In this document: positions 1 through 10,030 of the stretch, in pieces
Layout of the letters: each line of letters begins with the position of its first letter
How positions within the stretch are numbered: position 1 is the stretch's first letter
Assembly: GCA_963556115.3 (NCBI GenBank)
Contig: CAUVYI020000026.1
Span: 7,029-71,028, forward strand
DNA: 64,000 bases
Source: Planctomycetota bacterium
GTDB taxonomy: Bacteria > Planctomycetota > SZUA-567
Direction of reading: 5' to 3'
Notes under the pieces: generated by a model
Seen by the model: the letters and a program-made list of their open reading frames with translations, nothing else
Database searches by the model: none
Told to the model about the DNA's origin: nothing
Position numbers and translations under genes: made by a program

Positions 1-1
1 G

Positions 2-661
2 TATGAGCTGAAGCTTGTAGATAATTTTCTGCTCTTTGGGGTGGCCGGGACGATAATCGGCGCGCGTTTGGGGCATTGCTTCTTCTATGACTGGCATATT
101 TATAGTCGTGAGCCATTATCGATACTCTATTTCTGGCAGGGTGGACTGGCGTCGCATGGGGCGACGGTGGGGATTATTCTGGCGTTACTCCTGTATTCGC
201 TGATCTATAAACTGCGTTTTATCGAGATGCTGGATCGATTTACTTTCAGTGCGGCTATCGGCGCAGCCGGGGTGCGGCTGGGGAATTTCATGAATTCTGG
301 CATTGTCGGGCGTGAGACCGATCTGCCTTGGGGAGTGCGGTTTATGTATTATGACCGAGGGGCAGTACTCCGCCACCCGTCGCAACTCTACGAGTTTGTA
401 ATGGGGCTGCTGGTGCTTGGGGTATTGCTGCTGATTGATCAGCGTTGGGGCAGGGAGAAACGTCCGTTAGGTCTGCTGATCGGCGTATTTCTGACTCTTT
501 ATTTTCTCCTTCGGTTTTTTGTCGAATTTTTCAAAGAGTATCAGACAGATCTGGTGCAAGCGCAGGAACTGACTATGGGGCAGTATCTGTCATTGGTGCC
601 TTTTGGGGTCGGAGTAGCGTTTGTGGTCTGGGCGTTGATTTGTAAGCGTCCGACTGCATGA
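2..661 (+). CDS. lgt: Prolipoprotein diacylglyceryl transferase, 5' end cut by window edge
   Basis: The frame is open from the window edge. The translation has Lgt signatures GGLASHGATVG and RHPSQLYE plus several hydrophobic spans. Confidence 0.9.
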   Translation, partial: YELKLVDNFLLFGVAGTIIGARLGHCFFYDWHIYSREPLSILYFWQGGLASHGATVGIILALLLYSLIYKLRFIEMLDRFTFSAAIGAAGVRLGNFMNSGIVGRETDLPWGVRFMYYDRGAVLRHPSQLYEFVMGLLVLGVLLLIDQRWGREKRPLGLLIGVFLTLYFLLRFFVEFFKEYQTDLVQAQELTMGQYLSLVPFGVGVAFVVWALICKRPTA

Positions 662-728
662 AGCAATATGATGTGGATTAATTTAATTGGAATGAACTAT
701 ACAATTATTCAGTGTTGAGGATATAATA

Positions 729-1649
729 ATGCTAAAGAAATATTTGTCAAACCTGGTTGCTCTCTTGTTGCTTATGTCTTTCGTACAGGCTAGTACGCTG
801 GCGGTGGAGGATACTGGGTATGATAAGAAGATGGTAAGCAAGAAGGATCTTACGCCAGTCGAGGTGGATCAAGCATTCGACCAGATCTTTTCTACGCAGA
901 AACGAATTGAGCGGATGCAGGCCAAGGTGATAACTGAGAAGTCTGGCGGTATCTTTAAGAAGTCCAAGGGAACTGAGGCTATGGTATATGCGCAGATGCC
1001 AGATAAACTCCTCTTTGTGGATAAGGGACGTATTGGAGATAATACTAAAGAGGATGAGTATGCGATTATTCTGATAGACGGGATATTTCTCTGGGACGTC
1101 AAGTCTGCCGATGGGAGTGGTATGCGTGAGGCGGAGCAGATAGATATGAAGCAAGCAGGGAGCAAGGATATCAATATTGCGGCGTTGTTGATTGGGGCGG
1201 ATGTGGCTACCGGTAGGGAGCTTAGGGATTATTATGATATCGCGGGCAGGCTCGAGGAATTCGTCGATGGCAGCAGAAGTTATCATTTTCTGCTCAAAGC
1301 GATAAGTGGCAAGGGCAAAGAACGGGATGAGGTCGTGGATATGTGGATAGAGGTAGGCGGGGTTATCCCTTGGAAGATCAAGACCCAGAAACAGGTGAAG
1401 AAGGTCAATCCGCTCAACCCCAATGCGCCGGCCAAGACGAAGAAGACCGCTTCGACAAAGTATATATTGGATCTGCAGACCAATATAAGTAAGCCGCCAC
1501 TGCCAGCGTTTGCTAAAGATCAATTCTTTTTTGGGAGGATAATGGAGCAGAATCCGAGGCTCAAGGTTCTGGATGGGAAGGGTGAAGCGATCCCGCCCGA
1601 GGTGCTAAAGAAGGAGTTGGCAGGAGTAGCGCGAAGTCTACAGCAATAG
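729..1649 (+). CDS. Secreted LolA-like / outer-membrane lipoprotein-sorting-like protein
   Basis: N-terminal signal peptide (LVALLLLMSFVQAST). Size and beta-rich composition resemble LolA-fold proteins, and the gene sits next to lgt. The family call is weak. Confidence 0.45.
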   Translation: MLKKYLSNLVALLLLMSFVQASTLAVEDTGYDKKMVSKKDLTPVEVDQAFDQIFSTQKRIERMQAKVITEKSGGIFKKSKGTEAMVYAQMPDKLLFVDKGRIGDNTKEDEYAIILIDGIFLWDVKSADGSGMREAEQIDMKQAGSKDINIAALLIGADVATGRELRDYYDIAGRLEEFVDGSRSYHFLLKAISGKGKERDEVVDMWIEVGGVIPWKIKTQKQVKKVNPLNPNAPAKTKKTASTKYILDLQTNISKPPLPAFAKDQFFFGRIMEQNPRLKVLDGKGEAIPPEVLKKELAGVARSLQQ

Positions 1650-1704
1650 ACAGAATGTTGGGTGTCTCTGGGGTTGTTATCACCGGTATAATTTGAAAGG
1701 CGGT

Positions 1705-2334
1705 ATGGTTTTCTCTATGCAAGAATTATTGAATGATCTAATACGGCGTTATCCCCAACTTGAAGTATGTAAGCAGAGTGTGGTGGAGGCTTATTGTCTG
1801 CTGCGAGATATGTATAATGCTGGTGGAAAACTCTTGCTTTGCGGTAATGGCGGGAGTGCGGCCGATACAGAGCATTGGAGTAGCGAACTACTCAAGGGAT
1901 TTGTCAAACGGCGAGAACTCTCGGCAGCGGATAAAGAGGGACTCTCACCCGAGTTGGCGTCTGGTTTGCAGCAGGCTTTACCGGCTATACCGCTGGGAAG
2001 TTTTGCTGGACTTAATAGTGCGTTTCTCAATGATGTCAATGGTGAATTCTGTTATGCACAGTTGATTCAGGGGCTGGGTGTAGAGGGGGATGTCCTGGTA
2101 GGAATAAGTACTTCGGGTAAGGCGAAGAATGTCTGCTATGCTTTTGAGGTGGCGGCGGCGCGAGGAATTGCACGTATTGCTTTGACCGGCGCAAAAAAGA
2201 GTCGACTCTCGGAGCTTGCCAGTGTGGCGATTCATGTCCCTGAGACTGAAACGTATAAGGTGCAGGAACTGCATCTACCGATATATCACTCTTTGTGTTT
2301 GATGCTGGAGGAGTATTTTTTCGCAGGGGAGTAG
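1705..2334 (+). CDS. gmhA: SIS-domain phosphoheptose isomerase
   Basis: Motifs LLCGNGGSAADTEHWSSEL and VGISTSGKAKNV. The ATG at 1705 follows AAAGG; the track ORF starts at TTG 1693. Confidence 0.8.
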   Translation: MVFSMQELLNDLIRRYPQLEVCKQSVVEAYCLLRDMYNAGGKLLLCGNGGSAADTEHWSSELLKGFVKRRELSAADKEGLSPELASGLQQALPAIPLGSFAGLNSAFLNDVNGEFCYAQLIQGLGVEGDVLVGISTSGKAKNVCYAFEVAAARGIARIALTGAKKSRLSELASVAIHVPETETYKVQELHLPIYHSLCLMLEEYFFAGE

Positions 2335-2561
2335 GGGGAGAATTCTCGGGGTGCTGGTAGGCTTAGCTAAGCTAGGGTTAGTAATATTCTGGTGGCTGGT
2401 CAATAATTTGATGATGGTTTGCAGGGTGCTCATGACAAATGTTGGCTTCTGCAAACCTCTTTGTTTTTATGGAGAAATGCTGATTATTTGTTTTCATATT
2501 GTTGGCGGGCTAGTTTTGCGTATAATCTTTAAAAGTTAATTTTATTGAGTATTTAATTATA

Positions 2562-4388
2562 GTGGAGAAAAATTTGGAATTAGAATGTATTGATGGTTTA
2601 CGCAATATTGCGATTATTGCCCACGTTGACCATGGCAAAACGACCCTGGTAGATGCTCTGCTGCGGCAGACAGATGTCTTCAGGGAGAATCAGGAGGTCG
2701 CTGAGTGTGTAATGGACTCGAATGATATCGAGCGGGAGCGGGGAATTACCATATTCTCCAAGAATGCTTCGATCGAGTATAAAGGTACAAAGATTAATAT
2801 AATTGATACCCCTGGACACGCAGATTTTGGCGGGGAGGTGGAGCGTGTACTCAAGATGTCGGACGGAGCGCTGCTCCTGGTGGACGCCTTTGAAGGACCG
2901 ATGCCACAAACGAGGTTTGTACTGAAGAAGGCTCTGGCGACGGGGCTGAAGGTGCTGGTGGTTATCAATAAGATTGACAGGCCTGAAGAGCGGGCGGAGG
3001 AGGTCTTGGACGAGGTGTTTGATCTCTTTGTCGAACTCGAAGCCAATGAAGAGCAGTTGGATTTTCCGGTAATCTATGCTTCAGGGCGTTCTGGTTTTGC
3101 CAAGCGTGAGCTTGAGGACGAGTCGGATAATTGTCTGCCGCTTTTAGATGAGGTTCTGGAGAGTATCCCGGCGCCACGGGTTGACCGTACGGCGTCTTTT
3201 CAGATGCAGGTTGCTGCTATCGAGTATAGCGAGTATGTCGGCCGAATTGCTATTGGCAGGGTCTTCAGAGGTAGTGTGGTCGAGAAAGAAGAGGTCGCGC
3301 TCATCAAGGGTGACGGCAAGGTGGAGAAGGTTAGAGTTGAGTCGCTACGGGTCTATGAAGGTATTGGTAAGCGAGAGGTCAAGCGGGTTGATGCAGGTGA
3401 TATCGCGATCATTACCGGGGCTCCTGAGGTAGATATCTATGATACGATCTGTGATTTTAATGAGCAGGAACAGATGGAGGCCGTGGCCATTGATGAACCG
3501 ACTCTGACGATGGAGTTTCGCGCTAATGATTCGCCGTTCTCTGGACTTGAGGGTAAGTATGTAACCAGTCGGCACTTGGATGCGCGGCTGAAACGCGAAC
3601 TCTTAAGTAATATAGCACTCAAGGTGCAGACTGTCGGAGAGTGCTTTCACGTCTCTGGGCGTGGTCTGCTTCATCTCGGTATCTTGATTGAGAATATGCG
3701 GCGTGAAGGGTATGAATTTGCCGTGGGTAAGCCTCATGTTATCTTCCACGAAGAGGACGGCAAGAAGTTTGAGCCGATCGAGGAGCTGACGGTAGATGTG
3801 CCTGAGGAGTCAGCGGGTAAGGTGATGGAGATTACCGGTAACCGTAAGGCGGTGCTGGAGAAGACCGAGATGCGCGGAACGCGTCTGCATATGGTGATGT
3901 CTATTCCTAGTCGCGGCTTGATCGGAATGCGTACGCGCCTGTTGAATGCGACCAAGGGTGAGGCGATTATGAATCATGTCATCAGAGGGTATGAAGAGTT
4001 CAAGGGCGAGGTGCCGCGGCGGCCGCAGGGTGTGCTGATCAGTTCGGACAAGGGACCGAGCACGCCGTATGCTATCGATTCGCTCCAGCAGCGTGGAACC
4101 TTCTTTATCGATCCGGGAACCAGTGTCTATGAAGGTATGATTGTAGGTGAGCATTGCAAGGATAATGACCTGGTGGTAAATGTCTGTAAGGCTAAGAAGA
4201 TTACCAATGTCCGCTCTGCGGGCAGTGATAAGAATATGGAGATAGCGCCAGCAAAGATCTTCTCGCTTGAGGCGGCTTTGGAGTATATCGAGGAGGATGA
4301 ATTGCTCGAGGTTACCCCGGATAATCTGCGTATGCGTAAGCGCATACTGAGTGAGACTAGACGTAAGCAGTTGGCGCGAAAAGCGTAG
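2562..4388 (+). CDS. typA: Translational GTPase TypA/BipA
   Basis: G-domain motifs AHVDHGKTT, DTPGHADF and NKIDR across a 608-aa EF-G-like architecture. The start is GTG 2562, or TTG 2574 after GGAG. Confidence 0.95.
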   Translation: MEKNLELECIDGLRNIAIIAHVDHGKTTLVDALLRQTDVFRENQEVAECVMDSNDIERERGITIFSKNASIEYKGTKINIIDTPGHADFGGEVERVLKMSDGALLLVDAFEGPMPQTRFVLKKALATGLKVLVVINKIDRPEERAEEVLDEVFDLFVELEANEEQLDFPVIYASGRSGFAKRELEDESDNCLPLLDEVLESIPAPRVDRTASFQMQVAAIEYSEYVGRIAIGRVFRGSVVEKEEVALIKGDGKVEKVRVESLRVYEGIGKREVKRVDAGDIAIITGAPEVDIYDTICDFNEQEQMEAVAIDEPTLTMEFRANDSPFSGLEGKYVTSRHLDARLKRELLSNIALKVQTVGECFHVSGRGLLHLGILIENMRREGYEFAVGKPHVIFHEEDGKKFEPIEELTVDVPEESAGKVMEITGNRKAVLEKTEMRGTRLHMVMSIPSRGLIGMRTRLLNATKGEAIMNHVIRGYEEFKGEVPRRPQGVLISSDKGPSTPYAIDSLQQRGTFFIDPGTSVYEGMIVGEHCKDNDLVVNVCKAKKITNVRSAGSDKNMEIAPAKIFSLEAALEYIEEDELLEVTPDNLRMRKRILSETRRKQLARKA

Positions 4389-4501
4389 TATTACAGTCGG
4401 CTGGTATTGGCGATTTAGCTGTTATTCTGGGGTATGATCGTTGTCGGTAGATGATGATTGTACCCTTTTGTCTTTTTTGCGTGTGTGTGGGGGGGGGAAC
4501 G

Positions 4502-5380
4502 GTGAAATCACTATTACTCTGTGTAGCGGTTATCGTAGGGTTGAGTTTTCCTGAGCTGGGGCATTACTCGGGGTGTATTCGTAGTCTGGTTATGATAATG
4601 CTGACTATGGGATTTCTTACGGTTAAGTTTGAACGGGATATGTTCTCCAGGGAGATCATCTATGTCCTGGCTGCAAATCTGTTGATTCCGCTACCGATAT
4701 ATTTTCTGGCTCGGCTAGTGGGAGAGCAGGAGGCTGAGGCGGCATTTCTGATCGCTTCGGCACCGGCGGCGATAGCTTCTCCTATTATTATTGGTTTTAT
4801 TCGCAAGCGGACTGATTTTGTGGCACTGGCGGTAGTGGCGACAAATCTGTTGACAATTCTGACCCTGCCGCTAGCGATACCGCTGGTGGCGACATCGGTA
4901 GAGGCTGGGGGTGAGGATAGCGAGTATACCATAGTTATATCGGTGCTGACAACTATTATTGTGCCACTCTTATTGGCATTACTTCTACGTTGGATAGGGG
5001 GTATTGTGTATAGAGCGGCGGTATGGACGCAGCGGCTGGCCTTGTACGTCTGGCTTTTTGCTATTGCGTTCGCTTGTGCAACAGCACGAGAGTTTATAAT
5101 TGAGAATAATGTTGCCAATGAATTTTTGATCAGTATCGGCCTGGTAACGGTGGGTATTTGTATTGTTAATTTTGGTGTCGGCTATCTGGTCGGGGGGAAG
5201 AAGTTTGCGCGCGAGAGTAGTCAGGCGCTCGGGCAGAAGAATACTATGTTTGCGGTATGGGTCGGCTTGACCTTTTTTAATCCCCTCTCGGTTATTGCCC
5301 CGGTAGCATATATTATCTTTCAGAATATCTACAATGCGTTGCAGATGTTTGTCTATGATCTACAGCAGCGCAAGAAGTAG
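4502..5380 (+). CDS. Polytopic membrane transporter, bile acid:Na+ symporter (BASS/SBF)-like, paralog 1
   Basis: About 10 hydrophobic spans. It is clearly alignable to the next ORF (AANLLIPLP, LGQKNT..VW.G.TF). GTG 4502 matches the paralog's N-terminus; the track ORF starts at ATG 4451. Confidence 0.55.
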   Translation: MKSLLLCVAVIVGLSFPELGHYSGCIRSLVMIMLTMGFLTVKFERDMFSREIIYVLAANLLIPLPIYFLARLVGEQEAEAAFLIASAPAAIASPIIIGFIRKRTDFVALAVVATNLLTILTLPLAIPLVATSVEAGGEDSEYTIVISVLTTIIVPLLLALLLRWIGGIVYRAAVWTQRLALYVWLFAIAFACATAREFIIENNVANEFLISIGLVTVGICIVNFGVGYLVGGKKFARESSQALGQKNTMFAVWVGLTFFNPLSVIAPVAYIIFQNIYNALQMFVYDLQQRKK

Positions 5381-5412
5381 CGCTGACTGGAGGAAATTAT
5401 CAAGGAGTCGGT

Positions 5413-6282
5413 GTGAAGACGGTTATTATCCTTATTGCAATTGCGCTCGGCCTGTCTTTTCCGGTGTTGAGTGCTATCTCTTGGCTGATACGGTCACTGG
5501 TGATGTTCCTGCTCTTCTTTGGGTTTCTGGGGTTGAGCTTTGAGCGCAAGATAGTCACCAAGGAGTTATTCTATGTGGTCGCGGCCAATCTGCTTATTCC
5601 GCTTCCGGTATATCTGTTGACACGTTTTCTGGGGGATGATATCTCGCAGGCGGCATTTCTGGTTGCCGCCACTCCGACTGGGGTTGCGGTGCCGGTGGTT
5701 ATTGAGTTTTTGCATAAACACGTCAGTTTTGCAGCTATGGGGGTGTTGCTCACGAATGTGGTGATGGCGGTGGCACTACCCCTCGGCTTGCCGTTAATTG
5801 CCGAGTATGACGGTGATATTGGGGTGTATCATACCGTCTCCAGTATTGCTATTACCGTCTTTACCCCGCTCTTGCTTGCAATTGGAATCAGAAAGATCGG
5901 TGGTAGATTATTTTCCACTGCACTCCGTTTGAAGTTTCTCAGTCTATATATTTGGGCTTTGGCGATAGTACTCGCTTGCGCTGAGGCGCGCCATTTTATT
6001 ATTGAGTATGAGATCCCACTCGCGGCTGTCATGAAGACGGGGTGGGTGATCCTTATCGTCTGTGCACTAAATTTTGGTATAGGGTATCTGCTGGGGGGTA
6101 AGGAGTATATCCGTGAGTGCGGACAGGTACTCGGGCAGAAGAATACTATCTTTTCGGTGTGGATTGGTATTACCTTTCTCAGCCCGGTGGCGGCAATCGG
6201 CCCGGTTTGTTATATTATTTTTCAGAATGTCTTCAACTGCGGGCAGATTGCTCTGCATGACTGGAAACGGCGGCGAGAGTAG
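5413..6282 (+). CDS. Polytopic membrane transporter, BASS/SBF-like, paralog 2
   Basis: Tandem paralog of 4502-5380 with the same motif order. GTG start. Confidence 0.55.
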   Translation: MKTVIILIAIALGLSFPVLSAISWLIRSLVMFLLFFGFLGLSFERKIVTKELFYVVAANLLIPLPVYLLTRFLGDDISQAAFLVAATPTGVAVPVVIEFLHKHVSFAAMGVLLTNVVMAVALPLGLPLIAEYDGDIGVYHTVSSIAITVFTPLLLAIGIRKIGGRLFSTALRLKFLSLYIWALAIVLACAEARHFIIEYEIPLAAVMKTGWVILIVCALNFGIGYLLGGKEYIRECGQVLGQKNTIFSVWIGITFLSPVAAIGPVCYIIFQNVFNCGQIALHDWKRRRE

Positions 6283-6370
6283 ACGCGGTTATTACCTTGG
6301 GGATTATATGCTAAAATACCGTATAGCGCTTGACTTTGGTGGGCGATAGCATACAATTAGAGAGGTATCG

Positions 6371-6401
6371 ATATATGTTACTGAAACGCAGTAACATATA
6401 T
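6371..6401. terminator. Perfect 13-bp stem hairpin (ATATATGTTACTG / CAGTAACATATAT, 5-nt loop)
   Basis: The inverted repeat is read directly from the sequence. It lies 89 nt after the stop at 6282. No clean T-run follows, so the terminator role is tentative. Confidence 0.35.
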
Positions 6402-6654
6402 AGTGTTAAGTATTTATAGTTATTATTATATTATTTGTTTCAGGTTTTCTTTAAACCTTTGCGATTTTGGTGTTATTTTATTAAGCAGTAAAAATATTTT
6501 TATACTGATAAGGTATGCACACGACTCATTCCTCGTTAGTTCCGATTTTGTATGCGTCCTAACGGGAAAGTCTCGCGTACTTTATTTTCCTAATATTATA
6601 TTACGTGCACGGCCGGCGCAGCAGCGCCATATTATTGCTTTAAGGAGAAAGAGG

Positions 6655-8052
6655 TTGACAACTCAAGTTGCTTATCAAAAATGTATAAATCCTATATGTC
6701 AAGCTACTTATGATATAATGCAGATTTTACCAAAATGCCCGGCATGCGGCGAATTACTCGATGTTGAGTATGAGTGGGACAGGGTGGAGTTGCCGGCTAA
6801 ACTTGAGGATATCGGAAGCTTTCAGCTTCCAGCGAACGGGCTGGGAGGGGTGAGTGGAGTGTGGAGATTCGCCAAGCTCATGCCTTTTGCGTCGCAGGAT
6901 AAATGGGCCAGTATCGGTGAGGGACATACCCAGCTCCGACCTTCTCCCACAGTATCAGACTATACCGGGGTAAAGAATCTCTTTCTACAGTATGAAGGCT
7001 TGAATCCTTCCGGCTCCTTCAAGGATAACGGGATGGCTGGAGCCTTTACCCATGCCCGCATGGTTGGTGCCAAGGTGGCGGCTTGTGCCTCAACCGGGAA
7101 TACCTCGGCAAGTATGGCCGCTTTTGCTGCGGCCAGTGGTTCGATGCAGGGTATAATTTTTATCGGCGACGGTAAGGTAGCTTACGGCAAACTCTCGCAG
7201 GCGCTCGATTATGGGGCGTTGACCCTGTTGATCAAGGGCGATTTTGATGATGCCATGGCGCGGGTGCAGGAGGTCTGTCCCCAAGAAGGGATCTATCTCG
7301 TTAACTCTGTAAATCCATTCCGGCTTGAAGGGCAGAAGACGATTATGTTCCGTGTGCTTGAAGGGCTTGGCTGGCAGGTTCCGGATTGGATCGTTGTACC
7401 CGGAGGAAACCTGGGAAACAGCAGTGCTTTTGGCAAGGCCTTTATCGAACTGCACAAGCTGGGCTTTATCTCTAAATTGCCGCGTATTGCGGTGATCAAT
7501 TCTACTGGCGCGCCTACCCTCAATAATTTAGTCAATAAACGTCGTTTGGCCTGGAATGGTGGTAGTGTGGATCAGAATATTATTCGTGAATACTATAGGC
7601 AGCTAGACCGGAATAATGAACGGGCAAACACTATCGCTTCAGCTATTGAGATCAATCGGCCAGTGAATCTTAAGAAGTGTCTGCGGGCGCTTGCGGCTAC
7701 CGACGGCGTGGTGCGTGCAGTGAGTGATCAGCAGATTATCGATGCTAAAGCCTGGGTGGCGCGGGAAGGACTAGGGTGTGAGCCAGCGAGTGCGGCGAGT
7801 GTGGCAGGTACCAAAATGCTGGTTGAGGAAGGGATAATTGATCGTGATGCAACTGTAGCTTGTGTCTTGACCGGGCATCAGCTCAAAGATCCGCATGCGA
7901 CGGTGGCCTATCACAGTTATTCGGAGGCTGAACTCAAGAAGCAATATGGAGGTTATGGTATCGCTACCAGTGAGTTCGGAAACCGTCCGGTAGCCGTAGC
8001 GAACAACCTGGCTCAGATAATTGACGCTATCAGAAAGAATGTGAATAGATAA
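6655..8052 (+). CDS. thrC: Threonine synthase with N-terminal zinc-ribbon
   Basis: PLP-lysine motif [11 protein letters not shown] and N-terminal CINPIC...CPACG. TTG 6655 lies 7 nt after AAGGAG. The upstream 84 codons of the track ORF look like non-coding AT-rich sequence. Confidence 0.9.
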   Translation: MTTQVAYQKCINPICQATYDIMQILPKCPACGELLDVEYEWDRVELPAKLEDIGSFQLPANGLGGVSGVWRFAKLMPFASQDKWASIGEGHTQLRPSPTVSDYTGVKNLFLQYEGLNPSGSFKDNGMAGAFTHARMVGAKVAACASTGNTSASMAAFAAASGSMQGIIFIGDGKVAYGKLSQALDYGALTLLIKGDFDDAMARVQEVCPQEGIYLVNSVNPFRLEGQKTIMFRVLEGLGWQVPDWIVVPGGNLGNSSAFGKAFIELHKLGFISKLPRIAVINSTGAPTLNNLVNKRRLAWNGGSVDQNIIREYYRQLDRNNERANTIASAIEINRPVNLKKCLRALAATDGVVRAVSDQQIIDAKAWVAREGLGCEPASAASVAGTKMLVEEGIIDRDATVACVLTGHQLKDPHATVAYHSYSEAELKKQYGGYGIATSEFGNRPVAVANNLAQIIDAIRKNVNR

Positions 8053-8081
8053 TTGTTGACTTCAGATCAAGGGTGGATAAC

Positions 8082-8879
8082 ATGCGAAAAAAAGTAGTAA
8101 TCAGTGGTGCCGCAGGCAGGATGGGTAGAAGGCTTATGGTTCTGACTTCAAATGAGGATGAGTTGGAACTGGCTGGAGCTATAGATTATCCACAGCATCC
8201 GATGATCGGACAATCTGTAACGCAGATTGAGCCTGAACTCGCAGGTACAGAGGTGCGGTTGACGAAATGTCTGGAGGTTCAAGCCGATGTTATGGTTGAT
8301 TTTTCACTGCCGGAAGGAACGGAGAAGCGTTTGCCGGAGGCGGTTGAGCGTAAGCTTGCCATGGTTATCGGTACTACCGGGATGAGTAAGGAGCAAGAGG
8401 CGCAGGTACTGGAGGCGTCTAAGTATATACCGATTATTCAGGCTTCAAATTACTCGCTGGGGGTAAATCTGCTGCTGAAGGTGGCCGCAGAAGTGGCAAA
8501 GGCTCTTGGAGAGGATTTTGATATTGAGATAACGGAAGCCCACCATAATCAGAAGGTTGATGCGCCTAGCGGTACGGCTCTGGCTCTGGCTAAGAGTATT
8601 TGTGAAGCTACTGGGCGTAATGTGGATACTGATCTTGTTCACGGCAGATCCGGTAGACCAGGTAAACGGAGTAGGCGGGAAATCGGTATGCATGCGTTGC
8701 GCCTGGGGTCTGTGGTAGGAGACCACAGTATTTATTTTGGAAGTGCTCTGGAGATTATTGAACTCTCGCACCGGGCACAGACCCGAGACGTTTTGGCGGC
8801 CGGAGCGATAAGAGCTGCCAAGTGGATATGCGGTAAAGAGCCGGGGATGTATACTATGGAGAATGTACTCTTTGGCTAG
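8082..8879 (+). CDS. dapB: 4-hydroxy-tetrahydrodipicolinate reductase
   Basis: ISGAAGRMG dinucleotide fold and EAHHNQKVDAPSGTA signature. Confidence 0.9.
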   Translation: MRKKVVISGAAGRMGRRLMVLTSNEDELELAGAIDYPQHPMIGQSVTQIEPELAGTEVRLTKCLEVQADVMVDFSLPEGTEKRLPEAVERKLAMVIGTTGMSKEQEAQVLEASKYIPIIQASNYSLGVNLLLKVAAEVAKALGEDFDIEITEAHHNQKVDAPSGTALALAKSICEATGRNVDTDLVHGRSGRPGKRSRREIGMHALRLGSVVGDHSIYFGSALEIIELSHRAQTRDVLAAGAIRAAKWICGKEPGMYTMENVLFG

Positions 8880-8955
8880 TACTTTACAGGGTTATGTTTG
8901 CTTATCATGATGGTTCTAGCCCTTAGAATCCTGATAAGAATTTAGGAGATAAATT

Positions 8956-9991
8956 ATGTATAAAGTTGGTATCATGGGCTGTGGTATTGTAGCTACATTC
9001 AGGCATATTCCGGCGATTTTAGAGACTGAGGGGATAGAGCTGGGAGCCCTCTTTGACCCTAACCCGAAGAAGTTGGAGAAGGTGCAGAATAAATATGGTA
9101 TTGATCCAGCTATATGCTTTACTGATATAGATGAGTTTATGCAGCAGGATTTTCATATCGCCAGTATTACTTCTCCAGCCCCGTATCATGTGGAAAATTG
9201 TGAAGCGGCGTGTAAGTATGGTAAGAATGTACTCTGTGAAAAGCCTCTGGCCATGACTGAGGAAGAAGCGCAGAAGATGATCGATATGGTTGAAAAGGCC
9301 GGCTTGAAGTTATATGTCGGTTTGGTCGTACGTTTTTTCTCCGGTTGCGCAGAAGATACGCGACCTTATCAAGGCCGGGGCGATAGGTTATGTGGGGACT
9401 GTTCGGCTGATCTTTAATTGGAATTGCCACGGTAAGTACCGTAATGATGATGATACTGGAGAGTATGGTATAAATCGTAGGCGTGAAGGTCGGATGTTTG
9501 AAGGTGGCCCGATGGTTGACTGCGGTACCCATCAGATTGATCTGGCACGTTGGTGGTTGGGCTCGGAAATTGTAAGCTTCAATGGTTTCGGTGCCTGGGT
9601 TGAGGATTACGAAGCGCCGGATCATACCTGGGTGCATATGGAACATGCCAATGGCGCACATACGATGATTGAGATAAGTTTCTCATACTGTCATACAGCA
9701 AATGAACCGGTAAACGAATTTATTTATGAACTTATCGGTACCGAAGGGGTAATCCGCTACGATAGAAATCAGAAGTCTATCTTTGTTCACGGTAAGGAGG
9801 AGACATTCGAGTTGCCGCATAGCGATGATCTAGGTTTTGCTTCCATGTATAAAGAGGTAGTGCTGGCGCTGGATACTGGAAAATCGGAACTTCTGGCTAC
9901 CGGCAAAGATGGTCTTATTGCGACAAGGATATCTCGTGAGTCTACCGAGGATGCGATGCATCGGCGTAGTCTGGCTGGGATTGCGCGTTAA
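8956..9991 (+). pseudogene. Gfo/Idh/MocA-family oxidoreductase split by a +1 frameshift in a T6 run (9333-9338)
   Basis: ORFs 8956-9417 and 9314-9991 are the N- and C-terminal halves of one family member. Removing one T joins ...GLVVRF to SPVAQKIRDLIKAGAIG... Confidence 0.8.
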
Positions 9992-10030
9992 ACCAAGAAA
10001 TATCACTAAGTGTATGTTTAAGGATACTGT

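Noticed and set aside
747-1523. 258-aa ORF on the minus strand.
   Set aside because: It is fully antisense to the signal-peptide-bearing 729-1649 ORF. It has Arg/Leu/Ile/His-rich shadow-ORF composition and no start-site signals.
2351-2539. 62-aa hydrophobic ORF between gmhA and typA.
   Set aside because: It has a GTG start and no SD, and it overlaps a plausible typA promoter (TTGTTG-N16-TATAAT near 2498-2526). It is more likely non-coding.
6403-6654. N-terminal 84 codons of the track's 549-aa thrC ORF.
   Set aside because: The translation is low-complexity and AT-rich ([11 protein letters not shown]...), and thrC homology begins only after TTG 6655, which has a proper SD. This stretch is treated as leader.
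9167-9661. 164-aa minus-strand ORF spanning the Gfo/Idh/MocA frameshift region.
   Set aside because: It is antisense to both halves of a recognisable gene and has no independent support.
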